A stretch of 64,000 bases of DNA from an uncultured Flammeovirgaceae bacterium (GTDB lineage Bacteria > Bacteroidota > Bacteroidia > Cytophagales > MED-G16), in NCBI GenBank assembly GCA_913046795.1, contig CAJWTC010000001.1:12011-76010 (forward strand). The letters run 5' to 3'. Numbering within the stretch: position 1 is the stretch's first letter; each line of letters starts with the position of its first letter. A program made the translations under genes and the position numbers. Positions 19,221 to 30,953 of this stretch are shown piece after piece. Below the pieces are notes generated by a model. That model was not told the origin of the DNA and ran no database searches. It was given only the letters and a program-made list of their open reading frames with translations.

Positions 19221-20726
19221 ATGTCCAATAATAAATTTTCTTATGGCTCTGATAAACTAACACCATACGAAGCTGTCAAAATAGCTCAGGGAAAAATATC
19301 AGCTATAATAAGTGATGCGCAAGTAAAAAAGATAAATGGTTCTAGGAGTACCATTGAAAATTTATCAAAATCAAGTGAGATTATATACGGAGTTAATACT
19401 GGTTTTGGTGTGTTGTGCAATACAATTATTTCGGAGGATGAGTCAAATCAATTACAAGAAAATTTACTTAGGAGTCATGCAGTAGGCATTGGAAAAGATA
19501 TACCAACTCTAGTGGCTAAAATTATGATGGTATTAAAAATACATTCCCTATCTCTTGGGTTTTCTGGCGTAAGACCTGAGGTAATTCAGAAGATAAAATT
19601 TTTGCTTGAGAAGGATATTATACCGTGCGTACCCATCAAAGGTTCAGTTGGCGCTTCTGGAGATTTGGCCCCATTGGCTCATTTATTTCTCCCTCTTATA
19701 GGAGAAGGTCATGTGACTTATAATGGGGTTAAGTCAAAAGCTTCAGTTGTTTTAAAAAAAGAAAATATAGAACCATTAAAAATTGATAAGAAGGAGGGAT
19801 TGGCTCTTATTAATGGGACTCAATTTATATCTGCTTTTGCATGTGTCTCTTTTGTAAGGTTTAAGAATTGTCTTGATAATGCTGATATTATCTCAGTTAT
19901 GAGCCTAGAGGGTACATTAAGTGCTCTGTCTCCATTTCATCCTTCTATATCAGAACTTAGAAATTTCTCTGGTTCCTCTCATGTCTCAAAGAAAGTGAGA
20001 GAATTAACCAAAAACTCTGAAATTTTAAATTCTAACCTAGATTCTGGTAAAGTGCAAGACCCCTATTCAATAAGGTGTATACCTCAAGTGCACGGAGCAA
20101 GTTGGGATGCGTTCTATCACCTAGAACATACACTTAATATTGAATTAAATTCTGTGACTGATAACCCAATTGTTGTCGACAATAAAGTTATTAGTGGAGG
20201 AAATTTCCACGGTCAGCCAGTAGCTATACCAATAGATTATAATATTATAGCGGCATCTGAAATAGGAAATATTTCAGATAGGAGGATTTATTTATTATTA
20301 AAAGGAAATAGCTCTGTCCCTAAACTACTTATAAATAATTCTGGTATAAACTCTGGATTTATGATTTTACAGTACACCTCAGCTGCCCTTGCCAGTGAAA
20401 ATAAAAACTTATGCTTTCCAGCCAGTGCAGACTCAATCACTACATCTTTAGGACAGGAAGATCATGTAAGTATGGGTTCAATTGGTGCTGTTAAATTTTT
20501 AAAAGTCGTCAAAAACTTAGAGAGGATTATTGCAATAGAGTTGTTGTGTTCAGCTCAAGCCAAAGACTTTTTACGTCCCTTAAAGTCTTCACAAAAAATT
20601 GAGGAGTGTCATAAGCTGTTAAGGTCAGTAGTTTCTTTTGCTGAAGAGGACAGAGTCTTCTCAGATGACATTAAAAAGGCAACTAAACTTGTGAAGTCTG
20701 GAAAATTAGTTGAATTAATAAAATAA
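19221..20726 (+). CDS. hutH: histidine ammonia-lyase
   Basis: 501 aa. MIO-forming Ala-Ser-Gly triad in [14 protein letters not shown]. Confidence 0.96.
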   Translation: MSNNKFSYGSDKLTPYEAVKIAQGKISAIISDAQVKKINGSRSTIENLSKSSEIIYGVNTGFGVLCNTIISEDESNQLQENLLRSHAVGIGKDIPTLVAKIMMVLKIHSLSLGFSGVRPEVIQKIKFLLEKDIIPCVPIKGSVGASGDLAPLAHLFLPLIGEGHVTYNGVKSKASVVLKKENIEPLKIDKKEGLALINGTQFISAFACVSFVRFKNCLDNADIISVMSLEGTLSALSPFHPSISELRNFSGSSHVSKKVRELTKNSEILNSNLDSGKVQDPYSIRCIPQVHGASWDAFYHLEHTLNIELNSVTDNPIVVDNKVISGGNFHGQPVAIPIDYNIIAASEIGNISDRRIYLLLKGNSSVPKLLINNSGINSGFMILQYTSAALASENKNLCFPASADSITTSLGQEDHVSMGSIGAVKFLKVVKNLERIIAIELLCSAQAKDFLRPLKSSQKIEECHKLLRSVVSFAEEDRVFSDDIKKATKLVKSGKLVELIK

Positions 20727-20730
20727 TATT

Positions 20731-22401
20731 ATGGATTTATCAACCTTCATAAGTAAATACGCAAATCATCCTAATTATAAGTCTCCGACAGGACCAACTT
20801 TGAATACAAAAAGTTGGCTTACTGAGGCGCCACTAAGAATGTTTTTAAATAATTTAGATTCGGAGGTGGCAGAAGATCCAGAAAATTTGGTAGTATATGG
20901 GGGAACTGGTCAAGCTGCAAGGGATAGAAAGTCTGTTGAAAAAATTATAGAAGTTCTTTTAACTTTAGAAGATGACGAGAGTTTACTGGTTCAGTCTGGC
21001 AAACCTGTTGGAAAGGTGAGGACTCATGCTGACGCTCCGAGGGTATTGATTGCTAATTCTAATTTGGTACCAGCCTGGGCAAATTGGGATCATTTTGAGG
21101 ATTTAAAGAGGGAAGGGTTGATGATGTACGGTCAGATGACTGCTGGTAGCTGGATTTATATAGGAACTCAGGGTATACTTCAAGGTACATACGAGACATT
21201 TATTTCATGTTCTAATAAGCACTTTAATGGCTCGCTTAAAGGAAAGCTTTTAGTTTCAGGTGGTCTAGGCGGAATGGGAGGTGCTCAACCACTAGCTGCT
21301 GCTATGGCTGGTGCTACATTTCTTGGGGCTGATATTGATCCAGAAAGGATAGAGAAAAGGTTAAAAAACAGGTATATAGATAAGATGACTGATTCATATA
21401 CTGAAGCAAGAGATTGGGTTTTAGAAGCTAAAAAAAGAGGTATGAACGTTTCAGTTGGCCTTGTTAGTGATGTCGGTGACATGCTAGAAAAACTTCTTGA
21501 AGATGATATAATTCCCGATATTCTTACAGATCAGACTTCTGCACATGATCCTGTTTTCGGTTATGTTCCTAATGGCATGAGTTTAAGTGATGCAAAGTGC
21601 ATGAGAAAAAATGATCAATCTGAGTACAAAAAATTATCCCTAAAAAGTATGGCTCGTCATGTATCTCTAATGCTTGAAATGAAAAAGAAAGGTTCAATAA
21701 CATTTGATTATGGTAATAACCTTAGAGAATTCGCAAAAATGGGAGGGGAGCAGGATGCTTTTGATTTCAAAGGTTTTGTCCCAGAATATATAAGGCCATT
21801 ATTCTGTGAGGGAAAAGGTCCATTTAGGTGGGCAGCATTATCAGGAAATCCTGATGATATTTATGAAACTGATAAAGCTCTTATTGAAGCATTTCCTGAA
21901 AATAAAGACATGATAAAATGGTTAAATCAAGCTAAGGAAAAAATACAATTTCAGGGCTTACCATGTAGAATATGTTGGCTGGGAATGGGTGAAAGAGAAA
22001 AAGCTGGTCTAATTTTTAATGATCTTGTTAAATCAGGTAAGGTGTCTGCTCCATTAGTAGTAGGGAGGGATCATCTTGATTGCGGATCGGTAGCATCTCC
22101 CAACAGAGAAACTGAGGGTATGAAAGATGGGTCTGATTCTGTCTCAGACTGGCCCTTGCTAAACCTTATGTCAAATACTGCAGGCGGTGCAACTTGGGTC
22201 TCATTTCATCATGGTGGTGGAGTTGGAATGGGGTATTCTCAGCATGCTGGAATGGTGGTACTTGTAGATGGTACTGATAGGGCAGAAAGGTGCATAAGAA
22301 GAGTCCTTCACAATGATCCTGCAATGGGAGTTTATAGACACAAAGACGCTGGGTATAAAACTGCAAAGGATCATGCTAAAAAATTTAACTTAGAAATTTA
22401 A
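20731..22401 (+). CDS. hutU: urocanate hydratase
   Basis: 556 aa with [16 protein letters not shown]-binding motif. Urocanase signature throughout. Confidence 0.97.
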   Translation: MDLSTFISKYANHPNYKSPTGPTLNTKSWLTEAPLRMFLNNLDSEVAEDPENLVVYGGTGQAARDRKSVEKIIEVLLTLEDDESLLVQSGKPVGKVRTHADAPRVLIANSNLVPAWANWDHFEDLKREGLMMYGQMTAGSWIYIGTQGILQGTYETFISCSNKHFNGSLKGKLLVSGGLGGMGGAQPLAAAMAGATFLGADIDPERIEKRLKNRYIDKMTDSYTEARDWVLEAKKRGMNVSVGLVSDVGDMLEKLLEDDIIPDILTDQTSAHDPVFGYVPNGMSLSDAKCMRKNDQSEYKKLSLKSMARHVSLMLEMKKKGSITFDYGNNLREFAKMGGEQDAFDFKGFVPEYIRPLFCEGKGPFRWAALSGNPDDIYETDKALIEAFPENKDMIKWLNQAKEKIQFQGLPCRICWLGMGEREKAGLIFNDLVKSGKVSAPLVVGRDHLDCGSVASPNRETEGMKDGSDSVSDWPLLNLMSNTAGGATWVSFHHGGGVGMGYSQHAGMVVLVDGTDRAERCIRRVLHNDPAMGVYRHKDAGYKTAKDHAKKFNLEI

Positions 22402-22403
22402 TT

Positions 22404-23621
22404 TTGAAAAAACTAATAGGACCATTTAGTCAGATATTAACGATGGAGGATCTTCCATTAAGTGGTCCATTATCTGATGATCACCTTATAATTATTAGAA
22501 ATGGTGGGGTGGTTTTTGATGAGGAGAAGATAATAAAAACCGGAAATTTTGATGAACTAAGAAAAGAAGTATCAGATATTATAGAAATCAGTTCCTCAAA
22601 AGTTCTACTCCCAGGATTTATTGATAGCCACACACATATCTGTTATAGTGGTGATAGATCTTCTGAGTTTTCCAAAAGAAATTCAGGAGTTCCATACCAA
22701 AGAATTTTAGAAGAGGGTGGAGGTATTCATAATACAATGAAGGCAACTGCTGAAGCGTCTGATGATGAGCTAGTAAACTCAACCTTGTTAAGATTAGATA
22801 GGCATTTTAGTGAGGGGGTAATGACTTGTGAAATTAAAAGTGGTTATGGAAGTACTCTAGAAAATGAGTTGAGATTATTAAGAATAATCAATAAAATCAA
22901 GAGCCTTCACAAATCCGATATAATACCTACTTGTCTGGCTGCTCACGTTAAGCCAAAAGACTTTGAGTCAAATGAAGTTTATCTTGATTCTATTATTGAT
23001 GATTTGATACCTATCCTGAGAGCGGAAAAGTTATCAACTAGAATGGACATATTTACAGAAGAAAAGGCCTTTAGTGTAGATGAGTCTGTTTCATACTTAA
23101 ATAAATTATCTAACATGTTTGATATAACTGTCCACGCAAATCAGTTCTCTTCTGGAGCTGTAAAAGTAGGAGTAGATGTTGGAGCGAGAAGTGTTGATCA
23201 TCTAGAAATAATTAATGATAAAGAAATAGAATATTTATCTAAATCGGATACGAGTGGAGTTGTCCTTCCTGGATGTAGTATTGGTCTTGGTCTTCCTTTT
23301 GCTCCTGTACGAAAATTACTAGACAGTAACTGTAAAATTTCAATTGCAACTGATTGGAATCCTGGTTCTGCACCAATGGGTGACTTATTAACCCAGTGTT
23401 CTATACTATCTTCATTTGAGAAATTATCATCTGTAGAAATATTTGCTTCTATAACTTTTAGAGCTGCTAATTCCTTGGGTCTTAGTGATAGAGGAAAAAT
23501 ATCTCCCTCTATGATTGCTGATTTCATAGCTTTTGATTCATCTGATTATAGAGAAATACTTTATAACCAAGGTAAAATGAAACCATCCTTGAAATGTAAA
23601 AGAGGTAAAATCTATAATTAA
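22404..23621 (+). CDS. hutI: imidazolonepropionase
   Basis: 405 aa amidohydrolase with metal ligands (DSHTHI, HANQ, DH). TTG start 2 nt after the hutU stop. Confidence 0.92.
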   Translation: MKKLIGPFSQILTMEDLPLSGPLSDDHLIIIRNGGVVFDEEKIIKTGNFDELRKEVSDIIEISSSKVLLPGFIDSHTHICYSGDRSSEFSKRNSGVPYQRILEEGGGIHNTMKATAEASDDELVNSTLLRLDRHFSEGVMTCEIKSGYGSTLENELRLLRIINKIKSLHKSDIIPTCLAAHVKPKDFESNEVYLDSIIDDLIPILRAEKLSTRMDIFTEEKAFSVDESVSYLNKLSNMFDITVHANQFSSGAVKVGVDVGARSVDHLEIINDKEIEYLSKSDTSGVVLPGCSIGLGLPFAPVRKLLDSNCKISIATDWNPGSAPMGDLLTQCSILSSFEKLSSVEIFASITFRAANSLGLSDRGKISPSMIADFIAFDSSDYREILYNQGKMKPSLKCKRGKIYN

Positions 23622-23638
23622 TATTTATTTTTGTAAAT

Positions 23639-25312
23639 ATGAATCAAATAATTGAGTGCGTACCTAACTTCTCTGAAGGACGAGATGAGTCTGTTATAAA
23701 TAAAATATCAGATGCTATTTCTTCTACAGAAGGTGTCTATTTATTAAATGTTGATTCAGGCAAAGCTACAAATAGAACAGTTATGACATTTGTAGGGGAG
23801 CCCAAAGATGTTATACTAGCCGCTTTCAATGCTGCTAAAGTTGCTAGCGAGTTAATAGATATGTCAAAACATTCTGGGGAGCACCCAAGATTTGGAGCTA
23901 TGGATGTGTGCCCTTTGATACCTGTGTCTAATATTACATTCGATGAATTAATTCCTTATGCACGTAAGCTAGCAGAAATGATATCAGAAAAATTAGATAT
24001 ACCTATCTACCTTTATGAAAAAGCTGCTCAAAAAAAAGAAAGAGAGAATCTAGCAAATGTAAGATCAGGAGAGTATGAGGGACTTGAAGAAAAAATCAAA
24101 AAAGAAAATTGGGAACCTGATTATGGACTTAAATTTAATAAGAAGACAGGAGCCTCAGCTGTTGGAGTTCGTGATTTTTTAATTGCTTACAATATAAATC
24201 TAAATACCAAATCAACAAGGCTAGCAAATGCTATAGCTTTTGATGTCAGAGAAAAAGGAAGAATTAAGAGAAAAGGACACCCTGTGATTGGAGATATAGT
24301 TTATGACAAGTCAGGTAACCCAGAAACTATACCTGGTTCTTTAAAACATGTAAAAGCAATTGGATGGTATATTGAAGAATTTGGGATTGCACAAATTTCT
24401 ATGAATCTTACTAATATTGATAAAACACCTATTCACATTGTATTTGATGAAGTCTGTGAGAAAGCTCATTTGAGAGGAGCTAAGGTAACTGGCTCTGAGC
24501 TAGTAGGTTTGATCCCACTTAAATCAATTTTAGATGCCGGTAAATATTTTTTAAAAAAACAAAATAGATCTGTTGGTATACCAGAAAGTGATATTATTGA
24601 TATTGCAGTTGAATCCTTAGGTTTAAATCAAGTCAAAAATTTTTCTCCTAAAAAAAATATAATTGAATACTATCTAGATGATATAGAGAAAATTCAAAAA
24701 TTATCAGAATTATCATTGAATAATTTTTCGGATGAAGTCTTAAGAGAATCCCCTGCACCTGGAGGTGGTTCTGTTTCTTCTTGCGTTGGTGCTCTAGGGT
24801 TTTCGCTTGCGGGTATGGTAGCAAATTTATCTTGTAACACAAGGGGTTGGGAAAAAGATGTCAATAAGTTTAGTGAAATAGCAGATGAGGTTAATACAAT
24901 TAGAGAGGACTTATTGAAATTAGTAGATGATGATGCAAATGCATTTAGTAGTATAATGTCAGCTTATAAATTGCCTAATTCTAATGAAAAAGAGAAAAAA
25001 TATAAGTCAGATGAAATTAATAAAGCAACTATTTATGCTGCAGAGGTTCCTTTAAATATTATGAAGAAGTCTTTTGAAGGTTATAAGTTTATTAGAATTT
25101 TATCAAAAGATGGAAATCAAAATTCAATCTCTGATGCAGGAGTTGCCTGTCTATGTGTTCACACTGCAATTCATGGTGCATACCTAAATGTAATGATCAA
25201 TATCAAAGATCTTGATAATAGTAAAGGAATTGGAAAAGAGGCTAAAAATATTTTATCTCAGTCAGAGAAAGAGAAAGAAAATATTATCAAATTCATACAA
25301 GGAAAAATATAA
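23639..25312 (+). CDS. ftcD: bifunctional glutamate formimidoyltransferase / formimidoyltetrahydrofolate cyclodeaminase
   Basis: 557 aa. N-terminal IIECVPNFSEGRD formiminotransferase domain. C-terminal cyclodeaminase domain with ESPAPGGGSVSS. Confidence 0.92.
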   Translation: MNQIIECVPNFSEGRDESVINKISDAISSTEGVYLLNVDSGKATNRTVMTFVGEPKDVILAAFNAAKVASELIDMSKHSGEHPRFGAMDVCPLIPVSNITFDELIPYARKLAEMISEKLDIPIYLYEKAAQKKERENLANVRSGEYEGLEEKIKKENWEPDYGLKFNKKTGASAVGVRDFLIAYNINLNTKSTRLANAIAFDVREKGRIKRKGHPVIGDIVYDKSGNPETIPGSLKHVKAIGWYIEEFGIAQISMNLTNIDKTPIHIVFDEVCEKAHLRGAKVTGSELVGLIPLKSILDAGKYFLKKQNRSVGIPESDIIDIAVESLGLNQVKNFSPKKNIIEYYLDDIEKIQKLSELSLNNFSDEVLRESPAPGGGSVSSCVGALGFSLAGMVANLSCNTRGWEKDVNKFSEIADEVNTIREDLLKLVDDDANAFSSIMSAYKLPNSNEKEKKYKSDEINKATIYAAEVPLNIMKKSFEGYKFIRILSKDGNQNSISDAGVACLCVHTAIHGAYLNVMINIKDLDNSKGIGKEAKNILSQSEKEKENIIKFIQGKI

Positions 25313-25341
25313 TCTGTCAATAAATTATATAAATTTATACA

Positions 25342-27039
25342 ATGCAGGAAATTAACGAATTTCTTATTCTAATAGATCAATACCTTGGAAGCTCTTCTTG
25401 GTTTGTTCCTCTTTTACTTGGAACCGGTATTTTCTTTACTTTCTATCTTGGTTTCCCACAAGTTAGGTACTTTACCTTTGCTTTAAAGGTTGTGAGGGGA
25501 AGGTATGATAAGAAAAATGATCAGGGTGATACATCACACTTCCAAGCTCTAACCACTGCTTTATCTGGAACAGTAGGTACTGGAAATATTGCTGGTGTTG
25601 CATTTGCAATTCATCTTGGCGGACCTGCTGCTTTATTTTGGATGCTTGCGACAGCAATGGTTGGTATGACAACTAAATTTGTTGAAGTTACACTATCTCA
25701 TAAATACAGAGAGAAAATTTCTGACGGAACAATGTCTGGTGGGCCAATGTATTTCATGAAAAATGCGGATTTTCTCTTAATGGGCAAAAAAATTGATATG
25801 AAATGGGTAGGTATAATGTTTGCTTTTGCAACTGTTCTATCATCTTTTGGAACTGGAAGCTTACCGCAAATTAATAGTATTTCTAACTCTATCTATTCCT
25901 CATTTGGCATAGATAAAATGTTAACAGGGGGTGTTTTAGCAATATTATTGGGTATTGTTATTATTGGGGGAATAAAAAGAATTGCAAAGATAACTGAGAG
26001 GCTTGTTCCATTTATGGCTGTAGTATACGTAATAGGAGCGTTTTCAGTCATTTTATTTAATCTTGAAAATATTGTCCCATCATTTATTTCAATATTTTCT
26101 GAGGTTTTTACTGGTAGTGCTGCAGTTGGAGGTTTTCTAGGTGCCTCAGTCTCTTTTGCAATTTCAAGAGGAGTAAATAGAGGATTATATTCAAACGAAG
26201 CTGGACAAGGTTCAGCACCAATTGCCCACGCATCAGCAAAGACAAATGAGCCAGTATCTGAGGGTCTCGTTGCTATACTTGAGCCTTTTATAGATACAAT
26301 TATCATATGTACTATCACAGGGCTAGTTCTTTTATCATCAGGAGTTTGGAATGAGAAGCATCACAATTTATTTGCAAAAGCTGATCTTGAAGTACTAGAC
26401 AGAGTTTATGATGAAGAAGTTGAAGGAGATGTAGAGTCTCTATTTAATTACCTAAACGGTAATAGTTCTATTGATAAGTTTAGTGGATCTATTAATGTAG
26501 AATCTGGAAATATTATCGAAAAGTTAACACTTATCCATGCTAGATCTATTGCAGAGGATGTGCTTGTGTATAATTCTTCAGGAGACGTATACTCAGGTAA
26601 TATAAATGTAGTTAATGGTAAAATACAAGAAAATATATCTGTCGAAGGTAAATCCCTGGTTCATAGTGCTCCGCTTACAGCCATAGCATTTGATAGAGGA
26701 TTTTTTGGTAGTTATGGAAACTACATAGTAAGTATCGGTCTTTTGTTATTTGCTTTTAGCACAGCAATTGCGTGGTCATATTATGGAGACAGGGCAATGA
26801 CATATCTTTTTGGCTCTGGATCAGTAATATATTTTAGGATAGCTTATGTTATAGGATTTTTCATTGCTTCTTTTGCTGACACGACTATAATATGGAATGT
26901 TTCATTAATTACAATTGCTTTAATGACAGTACCTAATTTAATTGGTTTGCTTTGGTTAAGGAAAGAAGTGAAGTCTACAATTAAAGATTATTGGATAAAT
27001 TTCAAGAAGGAGTGGCCAAATGAAAAAACTCCAGAGTAA
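25342..27039 (+). CDS. sodium:alanine/amino-acid symporter (AGCS family) with large inserted soluble domain
   Basis: 565 aa with AGCS signature [17 protein letters not shown]. Carries a roughly 110-aa hydrophilic insertion (about residues 336-450). Last gene of the hut operon. Confidence 0.85.
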   Translation: MQEINEFLILIDQYLGSSSWFVPLLLGTGIFFTFYLGFPQVRYFTFALKVVRGRYDKKNDQGDTSHFQALTTALSGTVGTGNIAGVAFAIHLGGPAALFWMLATAMVGMTTKFVEVTLSHKYREKISDGTMSGGPMYFMKNADFLLMGKKIDMKWVGIMFAFATVLSSFGTGSLPQINSISNSIYSSFGIDKMLTGGVLAILLGIVIIGGIKRIAKITERLVPFMAVVYVIGAFSVILFNLENIVPSFISIFSEVFTGSAAVGGFLGASVSFAISRGVNRGLYSNEAGQGSAPIAHASAKTNEPVSEGLVAILEPFIDTIIICTITGLVLLSSGVWNEKHHNLFAKADLEVLDRVYDEEVEGDVESLFNYLNGNSSIDKFSGSINVESGNIIEKLTLIHARSIAEDVLVYNSSGDVYSGNINVVNGKIQENISVEGKSLVHSAPLTAIAFDRGFFGSYGNYIVSIGLLLFAFSTAIAWSYYGDRAMTYLFGSGSVIYFRIAYVIGFFIASFADTTIIWNVSLITIALMTVPNLIGLLWLRKEVKSTIKDYWINFKKEWPNEKTPE

Positions 27040-27046
27040 TTATTTT

Positions 27047-27331
27047 TTATTCTAGTGCTCTATCTATCTCGGTTATAATATGTTCAATTTTTTCATAAAC
27101 TTTGTTTGAGTCATCTTGATTGGCTCTATTATCTTCTATTTCAACAGATAGCTTGAATGCGATCATAGCTAAAACATCTTGAAGATCATCAATATTCATC
27201 TGATTTTTAATTTCAGAAATTTTATTATTTAAGTCTTTACCTATCTTTCTTATCTTTTGTTCTTCTCCGACTGGAACCTTCATTGGATATGATCTATTTC
27301 CAATTACAATTTTAATTGAAAGATTCTGCAT
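27047..27331 (-). CDS. zapA: cell division protein ZapA
   Basis: 94 aa. The N-terminal beta-strand region (IKIVIGNRSYPMKV) followed by a coiled coil is typical of ZapA. Confidence 0.7.
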   Translation of the reverse strand: MQNLSIKIVIGNRSYPMKVPVGEEQKIRKIGKDLNNKISEIKNQMNIDDLQDVLAMIAFKLSVEIEDNRANQDDSNKVYEKIEHIITEIDRALE

Positions 27332-27333
27332 TA

Positions 27334-27597
27334 CTATTTCTTTAAGTTTTCAATTAGATTATCAATAGAATCTATTGTACTATCAATTTCTGTTTTGATT
27401 TCCTCGTTGTTAATATCTGGATTTACTGTTAAATTTTGGTTTTTGAATTTGTAGTTTTTTATTATTGATTCAATCTCAAGATCTAAAAGGTCATTTTTAA
27501 GATCTTTATTTATTTTTTTTAATTCATTGAATTTTGTAATTAATCTAGAAAATTTACTTTCTAATTCAATAATTTTCTTATCTGAATTATTACGCAT
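27334..27597 (-). CDS. small coiled-coil protein (hypothetical)
   Basis: 87 aa, predicted all-helical with heptad-like repeats. Packed tightly between pheT and zapA with 1-2 nt spacers. Confidence 0.5.
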   Translation of the reverse strand: MRNNSDKKIIELESKFSRLITKFNELKKINKDLKNDLLDLEIESIIKNYKFKNQNLTVNPDINNEEIKTEIDSTIDSIDNLIENLKK

Positions 27598-27598
27598 T

Positions 27599-30010
27599 TT
27601 ACTTTCTTATTTCAGCATCTAATTTTCTCTCAAATACTTTAATTAGATTCTCCATTGTACTGTTAATTTCTTTCTCTCCTAAAGTTTTATTTTCATCTTG
27701 TAATATAAACCTTAGAGAGTATACAATTTTACCTTTACCAATTGACTCTCCCTCATAGATGTCATATAAACTAACTTTTTTCACAGCCTTTAATTTGTTA
27801 AAATCTATTACAGATTTTATATCTCTGAATTTTATTTCTTTCCTAATTATAAGTGATAAATCTCTTTGAACTTGTGGAAATTTTGGAATTTCCTTGTATG
27901 TAAATTTTTTATTAAAATTTGTTAAGAAAGATTTCCAGTCAAATTCAGCGTAGTAAATATCTTGTGATATATCAAAGATTGATAATATTTCTTTTTTTAT
28001 TTTCCCTACTTCACATAAGCTTAAATCCCTATTATTTACCTCGACACACATATCAAGGGTACTTGAGTTATGTTTTGGGTTTATATCATAATGATTTATG
28101 TTACCTATTGTTAATAATTTATTTACGATGTTCATTATATCGAAGAATGTAACTTCTTTTGGCTTTTTTATAAAATGTTCCTCTTCATTCAGTCCAGTTA
28201 TATATATGCCAATTTTATTAACTTCTTTATAATTATTATTTGCTAGAGTATATATTTTGTCGAATTCAAAAAATTTTAGGTTTTTTTGTTTTCTGTTGAT
28301 ATTATGTCTTATTGATTCTAAAGAAGTAAACAATAATTTCTGTTTTAATATAGCGTGCTCATCACTTAATTTATTTATCATCTCAACTGTTTTGTTGTCG
28401 TCCCAAAACTTTGAGTTCCTAAGTTTATTTGCTGTTAGAGAATTTGTTGTGATTTCAAAGAAACCGCTACTAGTTAGGGTGTTAAAAACTTTATTTAATA
28501 TATAATCTTCATTAGATGATTTTCTTTCACCTGATAAGAAATCACTGCTATTTGACTTTGATATTTTAAGGTTGTTGTATCCATAAACCCTTAATATTTC
28601 TTCAAGAATATCAGCTTCTCTTGTTACATCAACTCTAAATGGAGGCACTTCGGCGATAAATATATTTCCCTTTTTTTCAATTTCAATATCAAGAGATTTT
28701 AAAATTTTGATTATATCCATCTCATTAAAAGTATGCCCAGATAATAGGTTTATTCTTTCAATATCAAATTCAATTTTATGGTTATCAATTTTTTTAGGAT
28801 ATAAATCATAAACCTGAGAAGTGACAGAGCCATTGCAATATTTACATATAAGTGATGCGGCGTATTTAAGAGCATAAATGGTAATATTTGGGTCAATCCC
28901 TCTTTCAAATCTATAGGAGGCGTCTGTTTTTAGTTGATGATTTTGACTTGACGTCCTTATATCTGACGGATTAAAGTATGCGCTCTCTAAAAATATTTTT
29001 GATGTTTTTTTAGTAACACCTGATTTTTCTCCGCCAAATACACCAGCTATACACATAGGGTTACCTTCTCCATCATAAATCATAAGATCGTCTTCATTTA
29101 ATGATCTTTTCTCTCCATCAAGAGTTATAAATTTCTCATTTTTTTTAGCGTATTTGACAATTATTTTATTCTTTTTAATATTATTCAGATCGAAAGCATG
29201 AAGAGGCTGACCAATACCGTGTAACACAAAATTTGTAATGTCTACCACATTATTTATTGGATTAACTCCAATAGCGTTTAAGTAATCTTTAATGAATCTA
29301 GGAGATTCTTTAATTTCAACACCTTCAATTATACATCCTGCATATCTTGGAGAAGCAACCTCTTCATTAACATCAATTTCAATTTTTGATGAGTTGTTAT
29401 TCTTAAATGAGGATATATCTGGTAATATTACTTCTTCTCCTGTTGCAGCTTTTATATCTCTGGCAACGCCAAGGTGTGATGCGGCATCAGCTCTGTTCGG
29501 TGTAAGAGAAATATCGAATGTTGTATCATTTATAGTTTCTAAATACTTGGAAGCACTCTCTCCAATTTTAGCTTTGTTTTCTAACACTATAATGCCTGAG
29601 TGAGAATTTCCAATACCTATCTCATCTTCTGAGCAAATCATACCTTCAGATTCTACACCTCTTATCTTTGCTTTCTTTATTTTAATTTCTTCACCATCAA
29701 TATTTTTTATGGTTATACCAGGTTGAGCAACTACTACTTTCTGATCTATTTCAATATTTTTTGCTCCACAAACTATTGTTGAATTTTTATTACCAAAATT
29801 TACTTTAGTGATATTAAGTCTGTCTGCATTAGGATGTTTTTCAATTTCAATTATTTCACCTACAATGAGTTTTTTAATCAGATTAGTGTCAGAGTTAATA
29901 CTTATAACCTCATCTACCTCCAATCCAATATCTGTAAGAATAGATTCTATTTCTTCAGGGTTCTTATTTATTTTTATGAAGCTTTTTAGCCAGTTTAGAG
30001 AGATTTTCAT
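27599..30010 (-). CDS. pheT: phenylalanine--tRNA ligase beta subunit
   Basis: 803 aa. N-terminal tRNA-binding OB domain (HPNADRL), B3/4 and B5 domains, and a C-terminal FDX-ACB domain. Confidence 0.96.
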   Translation of the reverse strand: MKISLNWLKSFIKINKNPEEIESILTDIGLEVDEVISINSDTNLIKKLIVGEIIEIEKHPNADRLNITKVNFGNKNSTIVCGAKNIEIDQKVVVAQPGITIKNIDGEEIKIKKAKIRGVESEGMICSEDEIGIGNSHSGIIVLENKAKIGESASKYLETINDTTFDISLTPNRADAASHLGVARDIKAATGEEVILPDISSFKNNNSSKIEIDVNEEVASPRYAGCIIEGVEIKESPRFIKDYLNAIGVNPINNVVDITNFVLHGIGQPLHAFDLNNIKKNKIIVKYAKKNEKFITLDGEKRSLNEDDLMIYDGEGNPMCIAGVFGGEKSGVTKKTSKIFLESAYFNPSDIRTSSQNHQLKTDASYRFERGIDPNITIYALKYAASLICKYCNGSVTSQVYDLYPKKIDNHKIEFDIERINLLSGHTFNEMDIIKILKSLDIEIEKKGNIFIAEVPPFRVDVTREADILEEILRVYGYNNLKISKSNSSDFLSGERKSSNEDYILNKVFNTLTSSGFFEITTNSLTANKLRNSKFWDDNKTVEMINKLSDEHAILKQKLLFTSLESIRHNINRKQKNLKFFEFDKIYTLANNNYKEVNKIGIYITGLNEEEHFIKKPKEVTFFDIMNIVNKLLTIGNINHYDINPKHNSSTLDMCVEVNNRDLSLCEVGKIKKEILSIFDISQDIYYAEFDWKSFLTNFNKKFTYKEIPKFPQVQRDLSLIIRKEIKFRDIKSVIDFNKLKAVKKVSLYDIYEGESIGKGKIVYSLRFILQDENKTLGEKEINSTMENLIKVFERKLDAEIRK

Positions 30011-30078
30011 CGCACTTAAAGTTAATAAATATATTAGTTAAAAAGGCGATACTAAAGCAAATGAACTTAAATACTTTC

Positions 30079-30669
30079 TCATATTTTTTCTCCTGCTTCT
30101 ATCTTTATATCTATATGATTTCTTTTAGAAGGTATCGGGCAACTAAATTTTTTATCGTACACACAGAATGGGTTATATGATTTGTTAAAATCTAATTCTA
30201 TTCTTTTAGCATTTTTAAAGTCGATATCTATATATCTTCCCCCAGCGTAGGTTGATTGTTCATTTGTTTTGTCAAGAAAACAAAAAAACAGCTTTCCTTT
30301 CTCCTCACCTTCTAAGTATTTTAGTACTGGTAGTGAAAAGTTTCTTCTGCCAAGTCTGAAGTTAAGTTTTGCAAAATCAATAAATTTTTCAGAATTTCCC
30401 GTTGAAGTGGCAAGAGTCAATGTATCTTGAATTTCATTACTTTCTACTCTAGCAATCACCTTAAAATTTACATTTGCATCATAATACTTTATTTTATAAT
30501 TAGAATTTTTAAGTGGGGAGTTAGAGGAGGAATATAATTTTTTTTCTCTTTTTTCTCTGAAATTATTTAATATTTCTGCATAATCTTCGTACTCAACACT
30601 AGAGTTATAAAGATAGTAGGATATCGATAAGGTAATAGATAGTAAGATGAATGGAATGACCCCCCTCAT
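30079..30669 (-). CDS. DUF1684 domain protein
   Basis: 196 aa with an N-terminal TM/signal segment. Conserved C-terminal pattern GGRYIDIDF...NPFCVYDKKFSCPIP. Confidence 0.7.
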   Translation of the reverse strand: MRGVIPFILLSITLSISYYLYNSSVEYEDYAEILNNFREKREKKLYSSSNSPLKNSNYKIKYYDANVNFKVIARVESNEIQDTLTLATSTGNSEKFIDFAKLNFRLGRRNFSLPVLKYLEGEEKGKLFFCFLDKTNEQSTYAGGRYIDIDFKNAKRIELDFNKSYNPFCVYDKKFSCPIPSKRNHIDIKIEAGEKI

Positions 30670-30681
30670 TTGAAGTAGGAT

Positions 30682-30936
30682 CTATTTTAGCGAGTTAACC
30701 TTTTTAACAAGGTTTGACTTCATGTGAGCTGCTTTGTTCTTGTGAACTATATTATTTTTTACAAGCTTATCTATCATAGAAACTGCTTTTGGAAGAGATT
30801 TTTTAGCTGCTGCTTTCTTTTCTTCCATTTCTAATTTCTTTACAAAGGATTTAGTGGATTTGTGTTGATACTTATTCCTAAGTTTCTTAGTCTCACTAGA
30901 TCGAATTCTTTTAAGTGCTGATTTATGATTAGCCAT
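30682..30936 (-). CDS. rpsT: 30S ribosomal protein S20
   Basis: 84 aa, starting MANHKSALKRIR. Confidence 0.95.
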   Translation of the reverse strand: MANHKSALKRIRSSETKKLRNKYQHKSTKSFVKKLEMEEKKAAAKKSLPKAVSMIDKLVKNNIVHKNKAAHMKSNLVKKVNSLK

Positions 30937-30953
30937 ATAATTAATTAAGTCTG

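Noticed and set aside
25893-26318. 141-aa minus-strand ORF inside the AGCS transporter gene
   Set aside because: It is fully antisense to a well-supported transporter. It has no motifs and a composition typical of the mirror frame of a membrane protein.
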